A stretch of DNA of 64,000 nt from a virus: IMG/VR virus record IMGVR_UViG_3300030110_003594, positions 32,001 to 96,000 of that record; one strand, written 5' to 3'. The position numbers and the translations under genes were made by a program. The notes beneath the pieces were generated by a model that worked only from the letters and a program-made list of their open reading frames with translations, searched no databases and had not been told where the DNA came from. Within the stretch, counting starts at the first letter, position 1. Every line of letters starts with the position of its first letter. Shown in pieces: positions 1 through 11,070 of this stretch.

Positions 1-3000
1 AGTTCAGCTAAACCAGTTAAACCCTCCATTGCTGATAAAGTAAATCTATTTTCTTGTATTGCTGCATTTTTAAACTTACCTGAATCTATACTTGTAAACA
101 AAGCATTGTATTCTAAATTGTTAGGTGCTATAAATATACTTTTAATCCACTCTAATATACGTGTAAATAAACTTTTTACTTCTGAACTTGCTCTGGATGA
201 TCTTGGGTTTGTTTTAAATTTTTCAAATTCATCTGCTAAATATTCTTCAAATACTCTATCATTAAGATCTTTATCATTTAGAACTGCATATGATTTTGAT
301 AAACCTTTCAATATAGATCTAGCTTGCTCCATTGTTTTAACAAATGTTCCAGGTAAAATTTCATAGCCTTTTGCAGATCTCATTTGTTTTAATACATCTG
401 TTTTTGCAAGAGATAGATATTTTTTAATTTCTTGTTCAGTTAATAACATTCTAAACACCCCGTGAAATGCTTCATGGTATCTATATGAAGTTTGTCTTCC
501 TGTATATATATGACCTCTAAGAGATTCAATTCCATCAGATACATTCTTGAGTGACATAACAAATGCACCAAGAGTAATACCATTAGCTTTTAATCTTCTT
601 GCTAAACCATCTACATCTTGTATATTTATAAAGTCAGGTAAGTTTCTTTGTGCCCATTCAAGAAAGATATTTATATCTTCAACATCTCTACTATCAAAAT
701 TATCTACTACCTTATATCCTAATTGACTTTCTAATTTAGTTAGTTCTGAATTTAGTTTAGATAACTCTTCACTTACATCTAACATATCTTCTACTTGTAA
801 ATTTAATTTACCTTTTGATATTGTTGGATTTGCTTCTTTTATTTGAGCTCTATATTCATTTTCTAATTGTCTTTTCTTAGCTGCTATTTCTTTTTTCTTA
901 TCTTCTATCTTTGTTATAATATCAGGATTATCAGATTCTGCTTGATTACCTTCTTCATCCTTTTGTGTTGCAGCATCTTCAGATGAAATCTCATTATCTG
1001 ATACAAGACTTTGTCCATGTGATTCTTCCCATGCTTTGACAATCATTTGTTCTTGAGTACTTAATTTATCACCTGTAATAAGTTTTTTTCTTATAGCATT
1101 TATAATACCATCTGGAATATTTTCAAATTCTTTTTGCATTAGATCTTGAAATATTTCATTTGTAACTGGAGTTTCAGCACCAGTTCTATCTGGATCTATT
1201 CTATTTTGTTGATCTGGACTTAACCTATCCCACATCTTAGGATTCATTACTGTTTTATAATCATTAACTTTATCAGATGTAACAGTATCTTTTGGGTTTA
1301 AATTGTCTAAAGCTTCTAATGCAGTAATATTTTCATCAGCTTTTATATTTAATTTTTTACTAGCTGGACCCCACATTTCTGCTTTTTCATTCCATTGTTC
1401 AAATATAACTGAACCGTCTAAATAAGTTTTAGCTTTATATTTAATAGTTGTTACACCATCTTCAAAAGTATAAGTAAATTCTTCTGTTCCAACAGGAATT
1501 TGATCATCTTTATATCTTGGATTTTCATTTTGTCTTTCTATTTCTTTATCATAGAATTCTTCTGAAGAATCTTCTTGTGTTTGATCAATTTTAAAACCAG
1601 ATAATTGATTTGCTATATTTACATCATTTGTATAATTTAAATCAGCTATTTGTCCCCATACAATATCTGGTATTACTCTTGCTGATACTCCAGCATTTAT
1701 TAAATCCATTGGATCTGAAATATTCTTAGGAAGATTAGGAGTGAAACTATCTGTCTTTACTGTTATAGGCATTTCTACAAATTCTCCTTTACCAGTTTTT
1801 TTATGTAAAGCTTTTTCATCTTTTTCATTTGCTTTCCAATTTGCATTTAATGTTTCAACAAATGTTTCTGCACTTACAACACCTTCCATAATAGCAGCAT
1901 CAAGAGCTATTGTTCTTGTTATACCTTCAGCAAGTAACATCTGTTCTCTTTCAACTTTAAATATTAATTGACCAAATTCATTGAAGAATATACTTACATC
2001 ATCTCCTACAACATCTGATAGTATATAAAAACTTTCATTTAACTCTTGATTAATCCTTTCTACAAATGCTTTAGAAGCTGGCTTATCAATGTATTTACCA
2101 TCTTTAAGATTATGTTTTAATATCTCCTGTTGTTTATTTTTAATATCTTGAGCAATATCAGCTATAGCTTCATTAGGAAATCTATCTACTTTTAATTCAA
2201 AGAAATGTATATCACCATTTGGAAGTTTTATAACTTGAACATATCTTCCCATGTTTAGATCTCCAACACTGTTAAGACCTCTTGCTTGTAAAGCATTTAA
2301 TATTTCATTATCTATTTTTCTACCTTTCTTACTACCTGGATCTATAGTCCACATTCTTGATGATGCTCTTCTTCCAGTAGTACGTGATCTACGTGTATCA
2401 TATATAAGAATTTCACCCTCATATGTATTTGAATTTTCATCTAGATCAGCCCATGGTGTAGATGCATTTTTACCTTTTAATGTTGGATTACCTTTACTAT
2501 CAATTCTATATCCAGTATATCCTCTAGTGACATTTAATTCTATATTTTTTAATTCACTTATTTTAATTTTTGAAGCCTGTGAACCTTCTAGTTTATCTGA
2601 TAACTCTTTAGTAATTAATTCAGCCTTAGCATAGTTTCTTCTAATTCGTGCAGCTATTTCATTTGCATCCTGACCTTTTGGTATGATAAATAATCTTTTA
2701 GCTTGTTCAGTTGTAATTTGAGATCCAACTATAACTGATCCGTCTGTATCAAATAATATAGATACACCTAACCCCATTAGTTTACCAATAGGTTTATTAC
2801 CTGACATTATAGTTACTTCAAACTCATTTTGACCTTGTTTAATTAATTCATTTACTGAATAATTTTCATTTGCTGGTTTAAATTTTAAGTTTCCTGACTC
2901 AAGATCTTTTTTAAATTTATCATAGTTAGGATTTCTTTCAACAAGAAGTGTTAAATTATTTCTTTGTTCTGGAGTTAAATTTTTAAGATTATCTTGAAAC

Positions 3001-6000
3001 TGTTGATCAACATCTTCAGGAGTTGGATACATATTATGTAATGTATAACCTGGTAAAACTTTACCACCATCAAATGGATATATTTTTATAGGTTCATAAG
3101 CTGTAAGTTTTGTAGTTAATGAACTTGTTAGATCTACTTGTTCATCTCCTTTCTTTTTCCATTTTTCATTTTTAAACTCTTGTTCAGTAAGATAACGTCT
3201 ATCATCTTCACCTTTTTTTGATTTAGCTTTATCTATAGGAACAATGTATAGATTGTTATTATTTCTAATCATTCTTGGATTAGATCTAACCATCCATTCT
3301 TTTCCTCCAGAATCTACAATAATATCTGTTGTTGAAAAAGTTTGACCTGCAAATTCAAAAGTACCATCTTGTGGCATATTGTTAAGCAAATATTTTAATG
3401 CTGCAAGAGCATCTGCTTTTTTAGCATAAGTTCTTTTTATAAACTTATTATTAGGATCTAAATTTTTATATTTATCAACTACATTTACTGCTGAAGTTCC
3501 TGGTGTTGAGGTATCTACTATACTGTAATATACACTAGGTTTATTAGTGTCTTCATCATATATAGTTGTTTCTATAACTGTTATTCCAGTAGCTTTATCT
3601 GTATTTATTACTTTTTCATTAGACTGTAGTTTGTCTTTTTTAAGACCCTTGTCTTTTGATAATATTGTAGATACATCAGAAATACTAACTCCGTTCTTAG
3701 TTAAAATACCATTAGTTCCTATAACTAAAGGATTTCTTTGATTTGCAATTATCCAATCATCTAATGTAGGATTTTTTTCTTTTACTTCAGCAGACTCAGC
3801 CTGATACATTTCATTTAGTTCATATCTAGACTTTATAATATTTTTACCACCTTTATCAGATGCCACCCATTTATTTTTATCTAATAGAGGGCCTTGTTCA
3901 GAACTCCAACCTTTTTTATATTCAAGATAAGCATTGTCAATAATTTCTTGAGTTCCTTTATCTTGCATATAGAATTGTTGATATTTTGATCTACCAACTA
4001 TACTATCAAAATCTGGTTCTTGATTTTCATCAGATGCTTCTTCATTTTTTGTTTGTTCAGATTCTTGTCTTTCTTCTGATGTTTCATCAGTTTTTTCAGC
4101 TTTATCTACTCTTTGAGCTTCTCTTAAATTTTGTTGGAAACCTTCTATAATTGTCCAAGATGTAGGATCACTTTCTTTTGTTATTTTACCTTGATCATCA
4201 AAATATTCTGTAGGCATTGTACCATCTTCAAAGAATTTTTTTGTTTGAACTGGATCAGGTTGAATTCCTTTTTCTGCTAATGCTTTTATAAATTCCATAC
4301 GCTCTTTATGAGCATAATATTTTTTAACTCTTAATAGTAGATTATTTTTATCTCTATGTGATTCCCATACAGATTTCATAATATCAGATAATCTTTCTGT
4401 AACTTCATTTAAATTGGAAGGATCCATAAGAACTGACATAGCTTTATGATAATCTGTTGCTCTACCTTTTAAGTAATTCCAATCTACTATCTTTTTTAAT
4501 GTTTCATCTAATTTTTCATTAACTACAAAATCATCATTTGTTTCAGCTAAAAATTGTAAATAAGCTACAAATGCTGGTTTAAGTTTTTTTATTTTTCTTT
4601 TATCAAATCTACCTATATTTCTACTTTTTGTTCTATATACTACTCCATCTTGTTCACGCTGATCATAATACATCTGACCATTTGTATATGCTTGATTTTC
4701 AGGTGCCATTATAACATCATAGTAGTTTTGTAAAAGCTCTAATTTCTTTTTCTTTTTCTTTTGTAATTCTTTTTCTTCTGGTGTTTTAGCTTCTAAAGCA
4801 AGTTCTTTTTTTAATAATGCTAATTCTTTTATTAGACCTTCTCTAGTTGTTAATGCAGCTATATCAGTTGCAGAAATACTTTTTAATACTGGATCAGAAG
4901 ATAGTGAATCATAAATATCATTTGCTCTTATTAATGATTGTTCAAATGTGTCTTTAGTAAACATCATCATCATCTTTGCATTTTCAAATGCAAATGATTT
5001 TATTTCTTCTTCATGATATTTTCTTGTTCCTTTCTTATACCTTTTAGGATCAAATGGATTTACATACTCATCTTTTAATTTATTATAATTAGTTTCAATC
5101 TCATCCATTCTATTTAACATCCTATCAATACGTCCTCTAATTTTTTGAGGAGTTGAAGAAACAGAACTGAATGCTTCTTTTAAAGCTACATCATCTAATT
5201 TTTGAAAATCTTTCATTTGATCTTTAAAGTGATGTAGTTGACCACTTGCCATTACAGTATATAAGTGTGAAAATATAGAATGATCATTAAAGTCCATAAA
5301 GCTAGTTATATCATTAGCTCCTGCTGCTTCAAACATTGCACTGTTTAACTCTTTCTGAGTCATAGCATTTAACTTCTTAATATCAAAATATTGAGAAGGA
5401 TCATTATATATTTTATTTAATCTCTCTACAGTATTTGCTACTTGCTCATCTCTTTTTGCTCTATAATCAGCAAATTCTGTAGTACCCATTACTTTATCTT
5501 TACCCCATCTAAATAAATTTGGGGTAGTTTGCATAAGGAATTTTTGAGGTCCTTGAACTAATCCCCCCATTAAAAATCCTGACATAAATGTATGCAATCC
5601 TTGACCACTCATTTGTGATCCTACACCTCTTTTAACTGCATCCATAACAGACATAGCTGTAGGTCTATCTGTATAATCATAATCTCCAATCCATGATTTT
5701 CTAGCATTTTGATAATCTTCAGTCATATCAGCTAGCTTAACATCTAAATCAATACCCATAGGAGAATCATATAGACTTTTATAATATGCTTTAACACCAT
5801 TAGCTGTAGCTTCTTGTGAAAGTTCTTGAACACCTTCTGCAAGATTTGCTGTAGAATATTTTAATGCAGTAGCACCCATATGTTTAAAGCTTCCTTTAAA
5901 TCCAGCCTTCCACATTCTTCTCATATTCTCACCAATAATCCATTCTCTACCAAATTCTTTAAATGGATTTTTAGCTCCTTTAGCTGCTGATTTATATACT

Positions 6001-7559
6001 CTACTTAAAGATTGATCCATTAGCTGACCCAAAGGTCTAAATCCTCTTAATGCACCGTCTAATACTAATTTATTGCTTAAGAAAATAATAGGAAGATTTG
6101 TTAATTGAGTTGTAAATGCTGCAGCTCTAGCATCACTTACAATCATTTCCATTTCTTCTACAGATGGATCTTCTCCATCTTTCATATTCATAACTTCTTT
6201 ATATAATTCTTCACGCATTTCCATCTCCACTAATCCACCTTCCATTTTAGATTCTGCCCAAGCTAAATTAACTGCTCTTAAATCTCTATAGAATCCACCA
6301 GCAAGTCTAGAAGCTTTAGCCATTTGTGTTAAATTATCACCTGCTTTAGCTGAAGTTCTTATAGCTTTTAATTGATATAATGTTTCAGGACCAAAAAATC
6401 TAGCCATTCCCATACCAAGTGCTCTTCCACCAGTTTTAGCTGCTTGCCAAAAAGCTTTTGCATTATCAAAACTTTTAAGTTTTTGTAACATTTTAGCACC
6501 ACCTGTTGACATTCCCTTTAAAGTAGTAAATAGTTTACCAAGTCTAATGGCATTAGCACCTGTTCTTGCGGCTGCTACACCACTAGCTGCTCCACCAGAA
6601 AAATATGTAGCAGCAGCTAATACCGCTTCTTCTAATGCAATACTAGAAATAATTCCCATTGTATAAGAACTATTTAAAAATAAATCATTAAAGAATCCTC
6701 TAGTTCCACCACTACCTGATCTACCAATTCTCATTGCATCATCCATAGTTTGTGCACCTAACATATCTGCTTGAGTTATATCTCCTGAGAACATATCACC
6801 TATAGATCTCCAACCTGATGTAAATGCTGGTCCAAAAGTTGCAGACCATTGTCCTCTTGTTCTTGTAAAGTTATCCCATTTACTAGAGTTTGCTTGATAG
6901 TAAGTTTCATTATCTGCAAAAGGATGAAATCCTAGATCTGCAAATCTAGGGTGTCTATAATATCTATCTAAATTATATCTTCTAGCACTATAATAAAAAG
7001 GATCTTTATATCCAGGTGTCATATTAGGCTTAGTTGCTTTTGTAAATTCAACAGCATGAGATAAATAAGCTTTTATTCCGTTTGAAGTACTAAGATCTGG
7101 AATACCACTACTTTGTCTAAAAGGATCATAGTCTGTTCCTGATCTTCCAGGAAATAAACTATCTAAATCATTATTAGAAAATAAAGCAGGATATTTATTT
7201 AAATCAACAGCAGCAGCATCTATCATATCTCTGAAGGGTTGATTTATTTCTAGATTAGGCATCCCTTGTGTTTGAATTGCATCATTTACTGCATCATCAA
7301 AAAGTATAGGATCATAACTACCCATATCTGGATATGCATTATCAAAATTTACTACATCAGTACCAGGTCCTTCTATTTTTGTTAATCTAGAAGGTTGTAA
7401 ATTAGAAAGATCCATTTCTGGATCTACCATTGAAGAAGGAGATAATGGTTGATCAATATCAGGTGATGGTTGTACATCATCTGTATTAACTGGTGAAGTC
7501 ATGTTTAATGCTTCTTCAGTTATATTTCCGCTATCTTCAAAATTAGTTTGATCTGCCAT
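1..7559 (-). CDS. Giant virion cargo/ejection-type protein (>=2519 aa, 3' end outside window) with a zincin-like metallopeptidase domain
   Basis: ATG at 7559 (MADQTNFEDSG...). The same frame is open at the left edge (...NRFTLSAMEGLTGLAE), and the track lists no minus-strand ORF here, as expected if the stop lies outside the window. It has hydrophobic Gly/Ala segments (LAAATYFSGGAASGVAAA, FMSGFLMGGLVQG), then HEAFH at 462-476 followed by EEYLADEF and LFTRILEWIKSIF, typical of crAss-like giant proteins. Confidence 0.85.
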   Translation of the reverse strand, partial: MADQTNFEDSGNITEEALNMTSPVNTDDVQPSPDIDQPLSPSSMVDPEMDLSNLQPSRLTKIEGPGTDVVNFDNAYPDMGSYDPILFDDAVNDAIQTQGMPNLEINQPFRDMIDAAAVDLNKYPALFSNNDLDSLFPGRSGTDYDPFRQSSGIPDLSTSNGIKAYLSHAVEFTKATKPNMTPGYKDPFYYSARRYNLDRYYRHPRFADLGFHPFADNETYYQANSSKWDNFTRTRGQWSATFGPAFTSGWRSIGDMFSGDITQADMLGAQTMDDAMRIGRSGSGGTRGFFNDLFLNSSYTMGIISSIALEEAVLAAATYFSGGAASGVAAARTGANAIRLGKLFTTLKGMSTGGAKMLQKLKSFDNAKAFWQAAKTGGRALGMGMARFFGPETLYQLKAIRTSAKAGDNLTQMAKASRLAGGFYRDLRAVNLAWAESKMEGGLVEMEMREELYKEVMNMKDGEDPSVEEMEMIVSDARAAAFTTQLTNLPIIFLSNKLVLDGALRGFRPLGQLMDQSLSRVYKSAAKGAKNPFKEFGREWIIGENMRRMWKAGFKGSFKHMGATALKYSTANLAEGVQELSQEATANGVKAYYKSLYDSPMGIDLDVKLADMTEDYQNARKSWIGDYDYTDRPTAMSVMDAVKRGVGSQMSGQGLHTFMSGFLMGGLVQGPQKFLMQTTPNLFRWGKDKVMGTTEFADYRAKRDEQVANTVERLNKIYNDPSQYFDIKKLNAMTQKELNSAMFEAAGANDITSFMDFNDHSIFSHLYTVMASGQLHHFKDQMKDFQKLDDVALKEAFSSVSSTPQKIRGRIDRMLNRMDEIETNYNKLKDEYVNPFDPKRYKKGTRKYHEEEIKSFAFENAKMMMMFTKDTFEQSLIRANDIYDSLSSDPVLKSISATDIAALTTREGLIKELALLKKELALEAKTPEEKELQKKKKKKLELLQNYYDVIMAPENQAYTNGQMYYDQREQDGVVYRTKSRNIGRFDKRKIKKLKPAFVAYLQFLAETNDDFVVNEKLDETLKKIVDWNYLKGRATDYHKAMSVLMDPSNLNEVTERLSDIMKSVWESHRDKNNLLLRVKKYYAHKERMEFIKALAEKGIQPDPVQTKKFFEDGTMPTEYFDDQGKITKESDPTSWTIIEGFQQNLREAQRVDKAEKTDETSEERQESEQTKNEEASDENQEPDFDSIVGRSKYQQFYMQDKGTQEIIDNAYLEYKKGWSSEQGPLLDKNKWVASDKGGKNIIKSRYELNEMYQAESAEVKEKNPTLDDWIIANQRNPLVIGTNGILTKNGVSISDVSTILSKDKGLKKDKLQSNEKVINTDKATGITVIETTIYDEDTNKPSVYYSIVDTSTPGTSAVNVVDKYKNLDPNNKFIKRTYAKKADALAALKYLLNNMPQDGTFEFAGQTFSTTDIIVDSGGKEWMVRSNPRMIRNNNNLYIVPIDKAKSKKGEDDRRYLTEQEFKNEKWKKKGDEQVDLTSSLTTKLTAYEPIKIYPFDGGKVLPGYTLHNMYPTPEDVDQQFQDNLKNLTPEQRNNLTLLVERNPNYDKFKKDLESGNLKFKPANENYSVNELIKQGQNEFEVTIMSGNKPIGKLMGLGVSILFDTDGSVIVGSQITTEQAKRLFIIPKGQDANEIAARIRRNYAKAELITKELSDKLEGSQASKIKISELKNIELNVTRGYTGYRIDSKGNPTLKGKNASTPWADLDENSNTYEGEILIYDTRRSRTTGRRASSRMWTIDPGSKKGRKIDNEILNALQARGLNSVGDLNMGRYVQVIKLPNGDIHFFELKVDRFPNEAIADIAQDIKNKQQEILKHNLKDGKYIDKPASKAFVERINQELNESFYILSDVVGDDVSIFFNEFGQLIFKVEREQMLLAEGITRTIALDAAIMEGVVSAETFVETLNANWKANEKDEKALHKKTGKGEFVEMPITVKTDSFTPNLPKNISDPMDLINAGVSARVIPDIVWGQIADLNYTNDVNIANQLSGFKIDQTQEDSSEEFYDKEIERQNENPRYKDDQIPVGTEEFTYTFEDGVTTIKYKAKTYLDGSVIFEQWNEKAEMWGPASKKLNIKADENITALEALDNLNPKDTVTSDKVNDYKTVMNPKMWDRLSPDQQNRIDPDRTGAETPVTNEIFQDLMQKEFENIPDGIINAIRKKLITGDKLSTQEQMIVKAWEESHGQSLVSDNEISSEDAATQKDEEGNQAESDNPDIITKIEDKKKEIAAKKRQLENEYRAQIKEANPTISKGKLNLQVEDMLDVSEELSKLNSELTKLESQLGYKVVDNFDSRDVEDINIFLEWAQRNLPDFINIQDVDGLARRLKANGITLGAFVMSLKNVSDGIESLRGHIYTGRQTSYRYHEAFHGVFRMLLTEQEIKKYLSLAKTDVLKQMRSAKGYEILPGTFVKTMEQARSILKGLSKSYAVLNDKDLNDRVFEEYLADEFEKFKTNPRSSRASSEVKSLFTRILEWIKSIFIAPNNLEYNALFTSIDSGKFKNAAIQENRFTLSAMEGLTGLAE

Positions 7560-7570
7560 ACTGAAGGTTT

Positions 7571-10500
7571 TTATTTAGAGTTTTTCTGATTCCAAAGAGT
7601 TTTCTTGGTTACGTTTTCTTTTGCAATATTCATTAAATACTGATCCATATTTACAACTAAAGCATCTAATTGATTTGCATCAACATCTAATATTATACTT
7701 GTAACATCATTAGCTGTAATTGCTCCTGTTTTTTCATCAAATAAATATGTTGTAGTTTCTTGTACATATTGTCCTTTTGAATTTGGATATATTGTATAAC
7801 TACCACCATTTAAAACAGGAAGACTATTATAAAATCCATCATCTTTAATCATTAGATCTGCATAAGATAATAATTGATTTGTAGATTTATAAGGATTGCT
7901 ATCTGCAGTTTTTGGTATTGTTATTGTAATACCATGCTTTTTAAAAGTTTCAAATGCATCTTCATCAAAGTTATCACCCACTCCAAAATAATCTTTATAT
8001 GTATTTGCATAATTTGCACCTACTCTTACATTATATCCAGCTATATCTGTTTCTTGATCAGGACCACCCACCTTTTCTACATATGTAGTATTTATATAAG
8101 GTCTACCTTTTGTCTTATCTATTACACCAGTATTTATCTGAAACATTATAGCTTCATATACTGACTTAACATTTTCCATTTGGCTTTCATCTACACCTTC
8201 TTTACCTTTTGTTATTTGTGTAGTAGTCTTATCTAAATTATTTCCAAGACTAAATGTATATCCATCAGCTGATGCTGATAATTCTTGAGTAGCATTTAAA
8301 AGAGATTTTATTTGATTTAAAGCTATAGTTGATGGAGATGCTGCATCATACGTTGTACTATATGTAGTATATCCTGCTTCTCCAACACCTTCTTCTGGTT
8401 GACCAATTAGCTGACCTCTTAAATTATAAACATGACCTAACTCAGGTGCATCTGCTGATCCCATTATAGCATTCATATTTTTCATAATTCCATCATAATA
8501 GTCAGCACCATCTTCTATTGCTTTTTCACGGTTAAATTGCCATGCAGTATCTAGATCTTCCATGTCCATTACTTCATTTCCACTAGTAGCAGATACATAG
8601 TCATCATCCCAATAATTCCAAGCAATATGCTCTTTATCAGTTCCAGTTATAGGAATCCAGTAATCTCTCTTCTTTCTTAAAAAGAAATCATAATCATGTT
8701 TATCTTTATTAACATTATTATCTGCACTAAGTTGAGCTCTTTCATTTGCGTCAAGTCCCACCATATCTGCAAATATAGATTGGTATTCTTCTTTAGTAAC
8801 AAATCTTCTTACTGGAGAACCTTTACCATCTAATATAGGTTCAATTATTTGACCATTATTTTTCATCTCTACAACTTCCCACCATTGATTACCTTTTCTT
8901 AGTGCATCTATTTCTCCTTGTGTTAATAATACTGGTGGAATTGAATTTTCTTGTCCTTGATATGTAGATGAATTTATTGTTTCTTTATCTACAGTTAAAG
9001 CATAATCATGTACTGTATTATATACTTTATTCATCTCTTCAACCTTTTCATTAAATCTTGTTCTTCCCTCTATTATACTTTTATATTGTTGATGAAGATT
9101 TGAAACTACTGATGGATCTTTTATATTTAATTTTGCTAGATCATAATTTAATTGTGATCCATTTTCTGTTGTAATAAGATTAGTATATTTATCTCCTATG
9201 TTTTTTAATAGTCTATCAAATTCAGCTCTATTAGTTGAACCTGTTGTTGTAAGATCTGCCCAAGCTGTTGCTAATGGTGATGTCTTTGTTGTAGTTTTTC
9301 CTGTACCTTCATCATAGAATTGATATGTAATAGTACCTCCTTTATTTATAAATTTAGATTGTTGTAATTCTGTAGGTAATAATTCAATTGCTGTTTCTAT
9401 AAATGATATTTCACTTTTTGTTAAATTGTTACCAAGTTCTAAAGTAGCTTCATTATTTTCATTAAGTATATCTACATGAGATCTTTCTTTCTTTGAAATT
9501 TTACCATCGTTATTAGCATCATAACCTGTTAATGAACCACTTATTTCTGCACCACCTGTACCTGTAAATACGCCTCCATTTGTTAAGCCTAGTACATTAC
9601 CAGTGTTTTGACTTTCTAATGAAGATTTATATTTAGCTAATTCAATATCAGCTTGTGCTTTAATAGCTATTTTATTTAGATCATATTGATGTTGAATAGC
9701 CATTCTATTAAGATCATATCTATGTTGATGTTCCATTTTTTTAAATGGATTGGCTTCAAATGTTTGTTCAGCATCTACTTGACTATATGCTATTGCAGCA
9801 GCGTTCATTTTAGGACCCATTACACTAGCCATATATGCAGAGTATGCTTTATTCATAAGACCATCTAAATCAGATGTAGGTCCTTTTTGATTCATAATTC
9901 TACTTTTAACAGCATCTCTATTAGTCTTAGCTAATCTCATATTAAACTGTGATAGTAACCATGCTTCTTCTTCAGCTGATCCTGGAACTATACCATATTC
10001 TTTTTTATAAGCTTCCCAGTTTCTTGCTGCTATTTGTTCTTTTGTAAGTTCTGATTCTTTTTCAACCAGATCTTTCATATCTGCTTTTGTCTGTGTACCT
10101 AGTATTTCATCTGCCCATGCTTTTTTAGCATTTTCTATACTTCCATATTTTTGAATATTTTCTGGATTTTCTGCAAATTGTCTTGATCTTACTTTAGCTT
10201 CTGTTAAAAGTCCTCTCATTACAATAGGATCTTTCATTACAGTATTTTTTAAATATTCAGCAGCTGGATTTCTATATATAGGAATTGGATTATTATTATC
10301 ATCAAGCTTATATTTATCACCATATATAGGATTTCCATTAGGATCTTCTCCTATTACTTCTCTTTCATATCCAGCAATTTGTCTAGTAAGTGCTGTTCCA
10401 TTTTTAGTGGTAATAATCCAATCACCTTCTAATGTAGTTTGTTTAATAGATAGTTCACTATCTTTTAATGATTCAAAAGATCTTTCATATATATTAGGAT

Positions 10501-11011
10501 TTTCAACATAAGTAGGCATTCCTTGTTTTAATGCATCTTGTGCTGTTCCATTTTTAAAATCTTCCATTTGATATTTAAGATCTTGAACACCAACTTGCCA
10601 ATATCTATCACGTATTTCTTCACTTGGATCCGTCATATAACCATTAGCAGTTTGCATTTCTTTAGAATACAGCTTGGTAAATGCTAAATCTTTTACTACA
10701 GATTTATCTTCAAAGAAAGGTTTAAATAATCCTTTAGCAACATCTACATTTTGTTGTAATGATAGATCTGTTCCTGAAACTTGCTTTATACCATTACTTA
10801 ATCTATTAGCATATTGCTGTCTAGTACTTTCATTGTCTTCTCTAGATAGAGGTGCATAGACAACTTTGCTGTATAAATTATTAAGTGTTTTAAAATTTGT
10901 GTCATACCTGTCCTGTCTAACCGTTAATACGTCAGATAAGAATTTATAGTCTGGTTTAAATGGTTCCAGAACCGGTATATAATCTGTTACTCCTTTTATA
11001 TAAGTTGCCAT
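7571..11011 (-). CDS. Large virion cargo-like structural protein (1146 aa)
   Basis: Long ORF with a helical N-terminal half, lying in the cargo gene block downstream of the muzzle. Function is assigned from position only. Confidence 0.6.
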   Translation of the reverse strand: MATYIKGVTDYIPVLEPFKPDYKFLSDVLTVRQDRYDTNFKTLNNLYSKVVYAPLSREDNESTRQQYANRLSNGIKQVSGTDLSLQQNVDVAKGLFKPFFEDKSVVKDLAFTKLYSKEMQTANGYMTDPSEEIRDRYWQVGVQDLKYQMEDFKNGTAQDALKQGMPTYVENPNIYERSFESLKDSELSIKQTTLEGDWIITTKNGTALTRQIAGYEREVIGEDPNGNPIYGDKYKLDDNNNPIPIYRNPAAEYLKNTVMKDPIVMRGLLTEAKVRSRQFAENPENIQKYGSIENAKKAWADEILGTQTKADMKDLVEKESELTKEQIAARNWEAYKKEYGIVPGSAEEEAWLLSQFNMRLAKTNRDAVKSRIMNQKGPTSDLDGLMNKAYSAYMASVMGPKMNAAAIAYSQVDAEQTFEANPFKKMEHQHRYDLNRMAIQHQYDLNKIAIKAQADIELAKYKSSLESQNTGNVLGLTNGGVFTGTGGAEISGSLTGYDANNDGKISKKERSHVDILNENNEATLELGNNLTKSEISFIETAIELLPTELQQSKFINKGGTITYQFYDEGTGKTTTKTSPLATAWADLTTTGSTNRAEFDRLLKNIGDKYTNLITTENGSQLNYDLAKLNIKDPSVVSNLHQQYKSIIEGRTRFNEKVEEMNKVYNTVHDYALTVDKETINSSTYQGQENSIPPVLLTQGEIDALRKGNQWWEVVEMKNNGQIIEPILDGKGSPVRRFVTKEEYQSIFADMVGLDANERAQLSADNNVNKDKHDYDFFLRKKRDYWIPITGTDKEHIAWNYWDDDYVSATSGNEVMDMEDLDTAWQFNREKAIEDGADYYDGIMKNMNAIMGSADAPELGHVYNLRGQLIGQPEEGVGEAGYTTYSTTYDAASPSTIALNQIKSLLNATQELSASADGYTFSLGNNLDKTTTQITKGKEGVDESQMENVKSVYEAIMFQINTGVIDKTKGRPYINTTYVEKVGGPDQETDIAGYNVRVGANYANTYKDYFGVGDNFDEDAFETFKKHGITITIPKTADSNPYKSTNQLLSYADLMIKDDGFYNSLPVLNGGSYTIYPNSKGQYVQETTTYLFDEKTGAITANDVTSIILDVDANQLDALVVNMDQYLMNIAKENVTKKTLWNQKNSK

Positions 11012-11015
11012 ATTA

Positions 11016-11023
11016 CAAAGATA
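11016..11023 (-). promoter_or_regulatory. Bacteroidota sigma70-type -7 element TATCTTTG
   Basis: Exact TAnnTTTG match, 4 nt upstream of the ATG at 11011. Confidence 0.5.
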
Positions 11024-11070
11024 ATAAAATTTTATAAGTTTTAAACATCATATCAATACACTTTTTAAGT

